Shown here: in pieces, positions 11,232 to 19,700 of the stretch
Numbering within the stretch: position 1 is the first letter of the stretch
How the letters are laid out: the number at the start of each line of letters is the position of its first letter
Origin: a virus
Length of the DNA: 64,000 nucleotides
Virus record (IMG/VR): IMGVR_UViG_3300044697_000009
Coordinates: 21,262-85,261 of that record
Reading direction: 5' to 3' (one strand)
Notes under the pieces: model-generated
Databases searched by the model: none
What the model was told of the DNA's origin: nothing
The model's input: only the letters and a program-made list of their open reading frames with translations
Translations under genes and position numbers: made by a program

Positions 11232-12731
11232 TTATGATCTTTTAGGATAAGGAAAATTTGTCCAGGTTTTTTCTAGTTTCTCGTATTTATTTTTCTTTAA
11301 TAAAAGCACATACTTACCTTTTTTAGGTTTCTTTTTAATCGGTAAGTCCTTGTATTGTAGTCTTGCGTATTCATCAAGGAGTTGTTTCACCTCCAATGGC
11401 ATAGCCTTCCTGTTTTGAAACCCTCCTTCAGTATTCCATTCTGGAAGCCATTCTATACCTAGGTCTTTAGCATATTTTTTCATGCTAGATGTTCTTGTAA
11501 AATGCCGTTCAGTTACTTCTTTACCATCTTTAACATAGACCTGGGTTGATCCATAGTTTTTACCTAAGTAATCAAAATTACAAGCCTGGTATATAGTTCC
11601 TATTTCACCTGCATCAGGATCGCTATAAGCCGTAAATATACGTTTTTCTGTATTATTCACCATCCATCTACAACTAAACATAACTAGCCGTGAGCCTAAA
11701 TTCTTCGGAGTCCAGCTAGCGCAGGCTCCTCGTTGAATCAAGGCTTCTAATTTCTTATCGAATTGATAGCTATTAGGCTCAGCTATCATCACGACTCCGC
11801 CTAATAACCCGTTGTATCTAGCTGTAAACACGTATCTAACGCCAAATCCACAAGTCCCAAGCCATTCGTATCTTTCAATAAACTTTCTATGTTCATCCGT
11901 AATCTTTTCTTGAGCTAAAACGAATTCACTAGCTTTTACGTTTAAAGGCATTCCATTTTTGATGTCTTCTTTAAGTAGTTGATCTCTCTTAAGTTTTTGC
12001 CAACATACATTTTTTGGAAGACTATCTTTTTTAATATTTCTATTATAGTCGGAAAACTCAGGTTTTAAATTAGTGTAATGACATAATTCGTACATCTGTT
12101 GTTCGGTTCTAACTTTAGATAAAGGAATAACGTGATCTATATCCCATATTTCACCGTAGTTATCCCAAGTCATATTAGGTTGGAATTGAGACTCCAGATA
12201 CATTTTAAGTTCTTCTAGAGTACATCCTATGTATTCAGAAAAATGAGTGTCCTTTTTCCAAGACGTTCGTTTTAATGCGTAATATAACCTATTTCTGAGT
12301 CTTCGGCTTAATTTATAGAATAAATCATTTTTTTCTCGATCTTTTCTATAAGACCGTCTTTTTATTCTAATTATAGGCTTATTATCATGGTAATATTGTC
12401 TAGTTCTTTGTTTTATATTTTCTTTTTTAGATTCATAATATTTTTTAGTATTTATAGATCTGCATTCTTTACATTGTGTACATAATCCATCCGGATTGTT
12501 TTTATCTTTAGTAAAGTATTCGGCGGGTTTTTGAATGCCACAAGTTCTACAAATTTTTGAAGAAACTGATATAGAATTATTTTTTGGATTATTTAGACGA
12601 CGAATTCTTTTTTTCTTAGAACCGCAATTTCTGCAATATGTTCTATATCCGTCTTTAGTTAAACTATGTTTATTGAATTCACTTATATTATATTCTGTAT
12701 GACATAATGTACATGTTTTTCGATCAATCAT
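11232..12731 (-). CDS. Zn-finger/HNH endonuclease fused to a Mom-like (GNAT-fold) DNA modification domain
   Basis: Two CxxC...CxxC repeats; HNH-type WDIDHVIPLS...HYTNL; C-terminal AYSDPDAGEIGTIYQACNFDYLG resembles the Mom-family YAD-x5-GTIYQAxN motif. Confidence 0.7.
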   Translation of the reverse strand: MIDRKTCTLCHTEYNISEFNKHSLTKDGYRTYCRNCGSKKKRIRRLNNPKNNSISVSSKICRTCGIQKPAEYFTKDKNNPDGLCTQCKECRSINTKKYYESKKENIKQRTRQYYHDNKPIIRIKRRSYRKDREKNDLFYKLSRRLRNRLYYALKRTSWKKDTHFSEYIGCTLEELKMYLESQFQPNMTWDNYGEIWDIDHVIPLSKVRTEQQMYELCHYTNLKPEFSDYNRNIKKDSLPKNVCWQKLKRDQLLKEDIKNGMPLNVKASEFVLAQEKITDEHRKFIERYEWLGTCGFGVRYVFTARYNGLLGGVVMIAEPNSYQFDKKLEALIQRGACASWTPKNLGSRLVMFSCRWMVNNTEKRIFTAYSDPDAGEIGTIYQACNFDYLGKNYGSTQVYVKDGKEVTERHFTRTSSMKKYAKDLGIEWLPEWNTEGGFQNRKAMPLEVKQLLDEYARLQYKDLPIKKKPKKGKYVLLLKKNKYEKLEKTWTNFPYPKRS

Positions 12732-12737
12732 ACATAC

Positions 12738-12766
12738 ACTATATCACAAGTTATATAAAAAGTCAA
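12738..12766 (-). promoter_or_regulatory. Sigma70-type promoter for the HNH-Mom gene (probably leaderless)
   Basis: TTGACT-17 bp-TATAGT with TG extension; the ATG is 6 nt downstream of the -10 box. Confidence 0.75.
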
Positions 12767-12787
12767 GTGTTTTTTGCATGAATTATA

Positions 12788-12816
12788 TAAAAAAGAGGGG
12801 GCTGTTAACCCCCTCT
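12788..12816 (-). terminator. Rho-independent terminator after the major capsid gene
   Basis: AGAGGGGG-TTAACAG-CCCCCTCT followed by a T-run on the minus strand. Confidence 0.85.
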
Positions 12817-12829
12817 AGATACTGAGGAA

Positions 12830-14071
12830 TTAGGTATTTACGATGTTGTTGACCAATACGTTTCTACCTGGGGCCATGCAAAATATCGCCTGATCCGAGT
12901 AGAGACGGAGTTCATAGGCTGCAGAGTTTTCCAAATCGCGGAAAAACTCTTCACCTTGACCAGGTCGTTTAAACGTCATATCAGTTGAACCAACTCGGAA
13001 CCATTCTTCCATAGCAAGGATATAAGCATAACCTTGTTTAACGTAGATAGAAGGCTCGATTTCGATCTCACCGTTTTGTGAGAAGAAACGGAGAGCTTTC
13101 CCACCGTTTTGGAGTTGAACAGAAGAATACGATTCGTCGTATCTGCGGAGAGCAGCTTGGTCAGACAGAACGTTTGACCAGGTACGAGGATTCAAGAGAG
13201 CCAAGACGTTACCATCGAGACCTTTTTCAACTGCACGAGCAGTCGCATAGTTCAAGATGTTAAACGAAAGAGCGGAACTTGAAGCGGAATACGTATTACC
13301 TTTCCAGAGGTTAAACTGAGCCGCGTTGATATTAAACAACGTAGTTTGATTCGTAAGAATCATATGGATACCAGGAAATTCGTTACCATAAGCGCCAGCG
13401 TGCCAGATAACGTCGTTAGTCTGAACGCCAGTAGCGTTAGTTGACAATGTAACGGTTTGAGCCGTCATATCAACAGCGGAAACTGAGAAGTTCCCACGAG
13501 ATGTCGAACCGTTGCTGGAACGAATCTCAATCGGCATACCTTCAGCACCAGCCCAGATACCAGGAGCCCATTCAGACGTAGTGATTGTAAGAACAGCGCC
13601 AGACGTACTAGCGATGGTCGCGTAACCAACTTGTCCATAGAGCATCTCGATTTCGAGCTTTTTAGCCATAGAACGGAGCATGTTGGCAACGAGGAATTTC
13701 GTCGCATCCATGAACGCTTTTTGACCACCAAGGGCTGCACGAGAAGCAGCGGCATAACCGAGCAGTGAACGAAGCACTACAGGATTACCACGGACTTGAG
13801 CATCCTTGATTTGACCAGCGATAGGAGCATTCAAATTGAAAGCATCTTCATCACTAGCAGCAAAGGTGATACCATGTTCCAGACCCAAGATAACAGGTTG
13901 ATGGTAAAGGTTACCAGGCTGTTTATCTTTAGACAGGAACTTGATTTTATTCATGAGCTTAACTCCATCAGGAATCAGCTCGCCAAGTTTATCAGCGTAG
14001 GTTTCTTTGAAGAAACCGTTAAGGGTACCAACCGAGTTATTCGGGGTACCAAATGTATTTGCACTCGCCAT
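12830..14071 (-). CDS. Major capsid protein (HK97 fold)
   Basis: 413 aa, downstream of the scaffold, AAGGAG SD, strongly biased codons and a terminator after it. The N-terminal LNGFFKETY pattern is seen in P22-like capsids. Confidence 0.85.
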   Translation of the reverse strand: MASANTFGTPNNSVGTLNGFFKETYADKLGELIPDGVKLMNKIKFLSKDKQPGNLYHQPVILGLEHGITFAASDEDAFNLNAPIAGQIKDAQVRGNPVVLRSLLGYAAASRAALGGQKAFMDATKFLVANMLRSMAKKLEIEMLYGQVGYATIASTSGAVLTITTSEWAPGIWAGAEGMPIEIRSSNGSTSRGNFSVSAVDMTAQTVTLSTNATGVQTNDVIWHAGAYGNEFPGIHMILTNQTTLFNINAAQFNLWKGNTYSASSSALSFNILNYATARAVEKGLDGNVLALLNPRTWSNVLSDQAALRRYDESYSSVQLQNGGKALRFFSQNGEIEIEPSIYVKQGYAYILAMEEWFRVGSTDMTFKRPGQGEEFFRDLENSAAYELRLYSDQAIFCMAPGRNVLVNNIVNT

Positions 14072-14089
14072 TTTCTATACTCCTTAAAA

Positions 14090-14569
14090 TTAATAGCTTT
14101 CGCCGCTAGAGGTTGCAGGTTCTGTAACGTATTCGACTTCGACACAGCCGTTAAGAGTGTTTGAAGTAGCGATAGATACAGAAGCTACGCAATCCAACAT
14201 CATATCGGAACCGTTACTAGCGATAGGACCGCCAGCATCTTCAGACAATTTGTATAAAACTCCGGTAACGACATCGGCACAACGAAGGCTGACTATCTTT
14301 TGTACGGGTTCTCTAATTTTGACCAAAATATTAAAGGTCCCGGACGAGTCAACGGGTGAAGTGGAATAATTTGCAGTTTCTCCAGAATCCAAAGCGGAAG
14401 TGATTTGATCGACACCTTGTGTCCTGATAAACAGGATGGCAGGTTCGTCACAACTCACTGAAACGCTAGCTGAAGAAGCATTCCCAACGATCACGAAGGG
14501 AATTGAGACTTTTTGAACTTTAAGTTGTCTTTGTAACGTAAGTTCATTACTAGCTTGATATTGAGACAT
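14090..14569 (-). CDS. Capsid decoration/cement-like protein (hypothetical)
   Basis: Beta-rich ORF between scaffold and capsid. ATG 14569 preferred because of the AAGGAAAG SD. Confidence 0.5.
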   Translation of the reverse strand: MSQYQASNELTLQRQLKVQKVSIPFVIVGNASSASVSVSCDEPAILFIRTQGVDQITSALDSGETANYSTSPVDSSGTFNILVKIREPVQKIVSLRCADVVTGVLYKLSEDAGGPIASNGSDMMLDCVASVSIATSNTLNGCVEVEYVTEPATSSGESY

Positions 14570-14690
14570 CTTGTCTTTCCTTCTAAAATAGGTTAATACA
14601 ATGAAATTAAACCCTATTTCTTCCCGTTGGATGTCCACGCCCAATTAAGGTAACGCAGAGTCTACTAAGCAAATACTTTAGTGCTTACAC

Positions 14691-14703
14691 ATATAGTTAT
14701 TAG
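14691..14703 (-). promoter_or_regulatory. Putative late promoter (CTAATAACTATAT) for the capsid operon
   Basis: Motif copy with one mismatch, followed by a hairpin-rich leader. Confidence 0.6.
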
Positions 14704-14766
14704 AAATTATATAATATTTTGGTATATTTTTTGCTTACCATAGGATTATATAATGATTCTGAGGAT

Positions 14767-15672
14767 TTACACCCCAAAAAAGGTTTTGAAATTTACTTTC
14801 TTACCAGTTTCTTTAGGTTCTGCTTTTTTACCAACATCGAGAGTTTTGTTGGAACCAACGGCGACTTTTTCTTTCGCCCTAGCAACATTTTTCTTTCTAA
14901 TGCTGTTAATTTTGTCCTTACCAACAAGTTTCTCTACGACTTCATCAGGCATTACCTGAAACATGGACTTTAAGTCTTCCATTACTTCTTCACGAACCAA
15001 TGGAATAACGTCTTCTGGGAGGACGTCTTTACCATTTTGAAGCCCAACAAGCATATAATCTGCAATCTTTTTAACTATATACGGGGATTTAGGAAGATCA
15101 GTTTTTTGAAGTGCTTGATCCATAAGGATGTCATAACGTTCATATTGTTCTTCTGTAAGTCTTTGTTTTTGTTCTTCTAATGCAGCTTGCTTTTCTCTTT
15201 CACGTTCTTCTTTTAAGGCTTTAAGCTCAGCTTCAAGTTTTTCTTTAGCAAGTTGTTCAGGAGATTTCTTAGAGTCAGCAATTTCTTTCTCAATGATATC
15301 AGCTGCTAGTTTTTTAACATCTAGACCGATATGAGGGTCTGAAAGAACACGAGCTGGATCTTTTCGTAAATCTTCAATGAATTTAACTACTTCCTTTTGA
15401 AGACTTGAGAATTCTTCCATCCGTTTACCAGCGACTTTTGCCATCTGGAGTTGACGAGTGATGTATTCATCGTCATTTGGATCGAATTCTTCCTCGAATT
15501 CTTCACCGTCGACTTTGAGTTTAAATTTTCTTTTAGAAGGTGTGGAAGATTGAGCTGGTTTAGTCTGAGCTTGAGTTTCCTGAGTAGTTTCAGGGGTTTC
15601 AGCCGCAGTGTCTTGTGTTTCAATACTATCTGTTGCTTCTGGCGCCGCAGGAGCGGCTTGATCTTGTGCCAT
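14767..15672 (-). CDS. Capsid scaffolding protein
   Basis: Acidic disordered N-terminus, KLKVDGEE motif, coiled coil; upstream of the capsid. Confidence 0.75.
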   Translation of the reverse strand: MAQDQAAPAAPEATDSIETQDTAAETPETTQETQAQTKPAQSSTPSKRKFKLKVDGEEFEEEFDPNDDEYITRQLQMAKVAGKRMEEFSSLQKEVVKFIEDLRKDPARVLSDPHIGLDVKKLAADIIEKEIADSKKSPEQLAKEKLEAELKALKEEREREKQAALEEQKQRLTEEQYERYDILMDQALQKTDLPKSPYIVKKIADYMLVGLQNGKDVLPEDVIPLVREEVMEDLKSMFQVMPDEVVEKLVGKDKINSIRKKNVARAKEKVAVGSNKTLDVGKKAEPKETGKKVNFKTFFGV

Positions 15673-15754
15673 GGTTTAATTCCTTTCGTCCCGTCCATTG
15701 GATAGGGAGAATAATACCGTCCCGAAATTGGGATAGGTCAATAATTCTAGAGAG

Positions 15755-15982
15755 TTATACGGCTACACCTTTTTTACCTTTGATATTCAGATACGATTTA
15801 TCCTTTAAAGCCTTCATTGGGTCTTGAGAAGCCTTAGCTTCGGCAGTAGCTTTGCCAGGATTGATTAAATCTTGTACCCTAGTGAATTTCTTAGGTTTTT
15901 CTTTCTCTTTTTTCTTACTTGAATCACTATAAGTTTCTTTCATGTCAGGTAACAAACCGTTAAAAGTGTTTATGGATGCCAT
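15755..15982 (-). CDS. Small basic protein whose N-terminus resembles the capsid N-arm
   Basis: MASINTFNGLLPDMKETYSD vs capsid MASANTF...TLNGFFKETYAD. Has an AGGA SD and its own late motif. Confidence 0.65.
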   Translation of the reverse strand: MASINTFNGLLPDMKETYSDSSKKKEKEKPKKFTRVQDLINPGKATAEAKASQDPMKALKDKSYLNIKGKKGVAV

Positions 15983-16003
15983 ATATAATAATTCCTGTCT
16001 GTA

Positions 16004-16016
16004 ATATAGTTATTAA
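16004..16016 (-). promoter_or_regulatory. Putative late promoter TTAATAACTATAT
   Basis: Exact motif copy upstream of the 15982/scaffold unit. Confidence 0.65.
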
Positions 16017-16132
16017 AACTAAAGCAATCGTGAATAGTTTTAATCTTTTATGTCTTTTGATGTATTTATCTTGTTTTATATTCAAAGTATGATGAGATTT
16101 TTGTGGATTCGAATTAAATATGATTTTACCCA

Positions 16133-16471
16133 TTATAAATTACCTACTGCTTGAATAATTTGGTTTTTCATGTATTGAATTCTGTCTGGAGTTAAATAAG
16201 GTGACATTTGTGGAGTTATTTCAACATAACTCAATGCATCAAACGCCAACCAAAGAAGCCCTTGACTTCCATAAAGATTTACTTCTTGTAGAGCTAATTC
16301 TATTTCATTTGCAATTGTTGAACTCATGCCCATAGCCATGTTTTCAGCACCAAATTGTTGTACCATTCCAGTCCATGCGGCTTGTGCTTCTTGAACTTTT
16401 TCTAATGCCGTGTTGTATTGTGTTTGATTCAAATTAAAGTATGTAGGATTTCCATTATATCCGCACGCCAT
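16133..16471 (-). CDS. Hypothetical protein (possible fibre assembly protein)
   Basis: Helical small ORF after the Gly-rich genes. Confidence 0.55.
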   Translation of the reverse strand: MACGYNGNPTYFNLNQTQYNTALEKVQEAQAAWTGMVQQFGAENMAMGMSSTIANEIELALQEVNLYGSQGLLWLAFDALSYVEITPQMSPYLTPDRIQYMKNQIIQAVGNL

Positions 16472-16472
16472 T

Positions 16473-17465
16473 TCATTCCTCATATTCTATTACAACTAAA
16501 CCAGGAGATCCTGAACCACCATTTCCCGCATTGCCTCCAGCTCCACCACCTGCAGTACCGGCGCCACCTCCGCCACCTCCTCCGCCACCACCACCACCAC
16601 GTCCTCCAACTCCAGCTGTACCAGATGTCGCATTAGTACCAGTACCTCCTGTACCAGATGCTACTCCAGTTCCACCATTACCACCATTTCCAGCATTACC
16701 ACCTGAAGGAGAAGGTAAATTTCCTAATGTAAATTCATCTCCAATACCACCTACACCGCCTGCACCACCTCCGCCTCCACCACCAGAAGAACTATTTCCA
16801 GTTCCACCTGTACCAGCTGTACCAACTACAGGAGCAGTAAATGAATTTCCATAAAAAAAACTACTACTAGCAGGAGTTGCTGGAGTTCCGCCATTATTAC
16901 CACTTGCTCCTGTAGAACTAGCGCCACCAGCTCCAGATCCAGAAGCTGCTGTTTGTGAACTAGGTGTATATAACAAACCATAACTTGTTGATGCCGCAGC
17001 TCCGCCTATACCCCCGGCACCTCCAACTGATGCGGATGATGCTATTAAACCTCTAGTGCCATTACTACCACCTGTTCCACCTAATGTTGTAGATACAAGT
17101 CCAACGATTGCCGATAATCCACCTTGACCACCTGAACTCCCATTTGTTCCATCGGCTGGAGTACTTGCTCCTCCAGTTCCTGCAGTTCCACCACTACCAC
17201 CGGAACCGACAGTAATTGTATATGTTGTACCAGGAGTAACAGCTAATGAAACTTCTATAAATGAAGTTGGCCCACCTCCACCTCCACCATTTCCACCGCC
17301 TCCACCACCGCGATTTGTATTTATTTGACTTCCCGCACCACCACCACCTCCACCTCCACCACCAGCTCCTGGACGTAAGAAAGCTTTTATACACGTTACT
17401 CCCGCAGGACATGTCCACGTTCCTGATGTAATAAATGTTTCATATATTTTTCTTGTTTGAGGCAT
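16473..17465 (-). CDS. Glycine-rich adhesin-like protein, paralog 3
   Basis: FITSGTWTCPAGVT...poly-G...GSPGLVVIEY architecture. Confidence 0.75.
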   Translation of the reverse strand: MPQTRKIYETFITSGTWTCPAGVTCIKAFLRPGAGGGGGGGGGAGSQINTNRGGGGGGNGGGGGGPTSFIEVSLAVTPGTTYTITVGSGGSGGTAGTGGASTPADGTNGSSGGQGGLSAIVGLVSTTLGGTGGSNGTRGLIASSASVGGAGGIGGAAASTSYGLLYTPSSQTAASGSGAGGASSTGASGNNGGTPATPASSSFFYGNSFTAPVVGTAGTGGTGNSSSGGGGGGGAGGVGGIGDEFTLGNLPSPSGGNAGNGGNGGTGVASGTGGTGTNATSGTAGVGGRGGGGGGGGGGGGAGTAGGGAGGNAGNGGSGSPGLVVIEYEE

Positions 17466-18463
17466 TACTCAGTCCATTCAATAACTATTAAACCAGAAGA
17501 CCCATTTCCACCAGCACCACCAGAACCTCCAGCACCACCAGATACTAATCCCGCACCACCACCGCCACCGCCGCCTCCTGAACCGCCACCACGTCCTCCA
17601 GTTCCGTTTCCACCAGATGAACCATTTGTTGCAGCACTAGCAGTTGCAGTACTTCCACTAGTTCCATTTCCGCCGGCTCCGCCGTTTCCACCGGAAGGTG
17701 CCGATTGTCCATAAACTGAATATTCATCAGCTGTCGCACCACCACTTCCTCCACCGCCAGCACCTCCTCCCCCATATAAGCTACTAGAACCTGTTCCGTT
17801 AGTGCCTCGTAATCCATTTGTTGAATTAGCGTTAATATATATGAAATATGAATTTGTTGTTCCTGGTGTTCCACTTGTTCCAGCTCCACCATTTCCACCA
17901 GTTGAACTCCCCCCTACGCCACCAGCAGCTCCAGGTCTAGCAGTACCAGAAGTTAAAACTCCAACACCAAATGATGTGCCCGCTGTACCAACTGCACCAA
18001 CTGCTCCTCCAGAACTAGAAGTACCAGGATTTCCTGGACCTCCGCCGCCTCCTGGGTATCCGCCAACTGCGTATATTCCATAAGGAATTCCTAAAGTAAT
18101 TAAATTTCCAAAAGATGATATACCACCAAATCCTCCAGAATTTCCAGTAGTACCAATATTACCAGCAGAACCTCCATTAGCGGCAGATCCACCTGAACCA
18201 CCAGCTCCGATTGTTACTGTATATGTAGTTCCAGGGACAACTGTTAATGGGAAATACCAACCAGATGCAGCACCACCAGAACCTCCAGAAGAACCACCTG
18301 CGCCGCCTCCTCCTGCTCCAGTGTAACCTCCACCTCCTCCACCGCCACTACCACCTCCACCAGCTCCTGGTCTTATATAAATTCTAATATTTTCAACACC
18401 AGCCGGTGCTGTCCAAGTTCCACTTGTTGTAAATATTTGAGAAACTTTTCTAGATTGAGACAT
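17465..18463 (-). CDS. Glycine-rich adhesin-like protein, paralog 2
   Basis: FTTSGTWTAPAGV...GSSGLIVIEW architecture. Confidence 0.75.
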   Translation of the reverse strand: MSQSRKVSQIFTTSGTWTAPAGVENIRIYIRPGAGGGGSGGGGGGGYTGAGGGGAGGSSGGSGGAASGWYFPLTVVPGTTYTVTIGAGGSGGSAANGGSAGNIGTTGNSGGFGGISSFGNLITLGIPYGIYAVGGYPGGGGGPGNPGTSSSGGAVGAVGTAGTSFGVGVLTSGTARPGAAGGVGGSSTGGNGGAGTSGTPGTTNSYFIYINANSTNGLRGTNGTGSSSLYGGGGAGGGGSGGATADEYSVYGQSAPSGGNGGAGGNGTSGSTATASAATNGSSGGNGTGGRGGGSGGGGGGGGAGLVSGGAGGSGGAGGNGSSGLIVIEWTE

Positions 18464-18717
18464 TACCCATTACCATTAACTATAATAGTTCCATCGGGAG
18501 AAGTATAAGTATCTGGATTTGGATATATAGGAGGTAGATATGACCAACCGATTTGTGGTATACAGCTAACTCCATTTAAAGTTAAATTATCTATTCTATT
18601 TACGTAATCGAAATTTTCTCCACCTAATGGATTAACAAAGAATAAATCAAGTATTGAATCATCATCTAATTCAAATACATTAACAATAAAACCTTGTGAA
18701 ATTTGCGCGTATGTCAT
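18463..18717 (-). CDS. Small fibre-associated protein
   Basis: MTYAQISQGFIVNV...PQIGWSY pattern typical of small proteins next to Gly-rich fibre genes. Confidence 0.6.
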   Translation of the reverse strand: MTYAQISQGFIVNVFELDDDSILDLFFVNPLGGENFDYVNRIDNLTLNGVSCIPQIGWSYLPPIYPNPDTYTSPDGTIIVNGNG

Positions 18718-19697
18718 TATTCAATCCATTCTATAACTAACAATCCATTACTTCCTTGCGATCCTGCGGCACCATTTCCACCACTTCCACCAGTTGTACC
18801 GCCAGCTCCGCCACCACCGCCTCCTCCACCACCAGCACCACCTCTACCGCCAGTTGGTTGAGAACCAGGATTTGTACCAGATACGCCATTTGAACCTGTA
18901 GTTAAACTTGCATTTCCACCATTACCACCGTTACCAGCTGTCCCACCTGTTGGAGCGCCAACTCCATAGACATTGTATTCATCACCATTTGAAGCAGTGC
19001 CACCAGCGCCGCCAGCGCCACCACCACCGTTTGTTGATATTCCGGTGCCACCTGTTCCCGAAGTTGCTAATGTTGGTATAGAATTTATTGGAGAAAAAAA
19101 TATATTAGCGGCAGGAGTTCCTACCGTTCCACCATTACTGCCATTAGCACCTGTATCAGAACCACCTGCTCCACCGGAAGAACCATTAGCACCAAGACCA
19201 GGTAATAGTCCATATACGCCACCATTTGAAGCCACACCGCCTCCAGTTCCTCCCGTTGTTGAAGTTCCTGCACCGCCTAAATGACTAGCCAAACCACCAT
19301 TTCCTCCTCCAGTTATATTATTTTGACCAGCAGAAATTAAAGATCCAAGACTTGTTATTCCACCATTACCACCGGCAGATCCTGCAGTTCCAGGATTTCC
19401 AGCAGAACCTCCAGTTCCAGCTGTTCCGCCTGAACCCCCAGAACCAACTGTAACCGTGTATGAAGTTCCTGGAGTAACCATTAAAGATGTATAAAATCCA
19501 GAAGCCGCTCCTCCAGATGATCCTCCACTTCCGCCTCCTCCACCACCGCCAGATGAGCCCGAATATCCTCCCCCACCACCTGCACCACCTCCGCCACCTC
19601 CGGCGCCAGGTCTGATGTAAACTCTTACACTAGTAACGCCAGCAGGAGCCACCCATGTACCAGAAGTTATGAAAGTTGTAAAAAGTTTACGACTCAT
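18717..19697 (-). CDS. Glycine-rich adhesin-like protein, paralog 1
   Basis: FITSGTWVAPAGVT...GSNGLLVIEW architecture. Confidence 0.75.
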   Translation of the reverse strand: MSRKLFTTFITSGTWVAPAGVTSVRVYIRPGAGGGGGGAGGGGGYSGSSGGGGGGGSGGSSGGAASGFYTSLMVTPGTSYTVTVGSGGSGGTAGTGGSAGNPGTAGSAGGNGGITSLGSLISAGQNNITGGGNGGLASHLGGAGTSTTGGTGGGVASNGGVYGLLPGLGANGSSGGAGGSDTGANGSNGGTVGTPAANIFFSPINSIPTLATSGTGGTGISTNGGGGAGGAGGTASNGDEYNVYGVGAPTGGTAGNGGNGGNASLTTGSNGVSGTNPGSQPTGGRGGAGGGGGGGGGAGGTTGGSGGNGAAGSQGSNGLLVIEWIE

Positions 19698-19700
19698 TTC

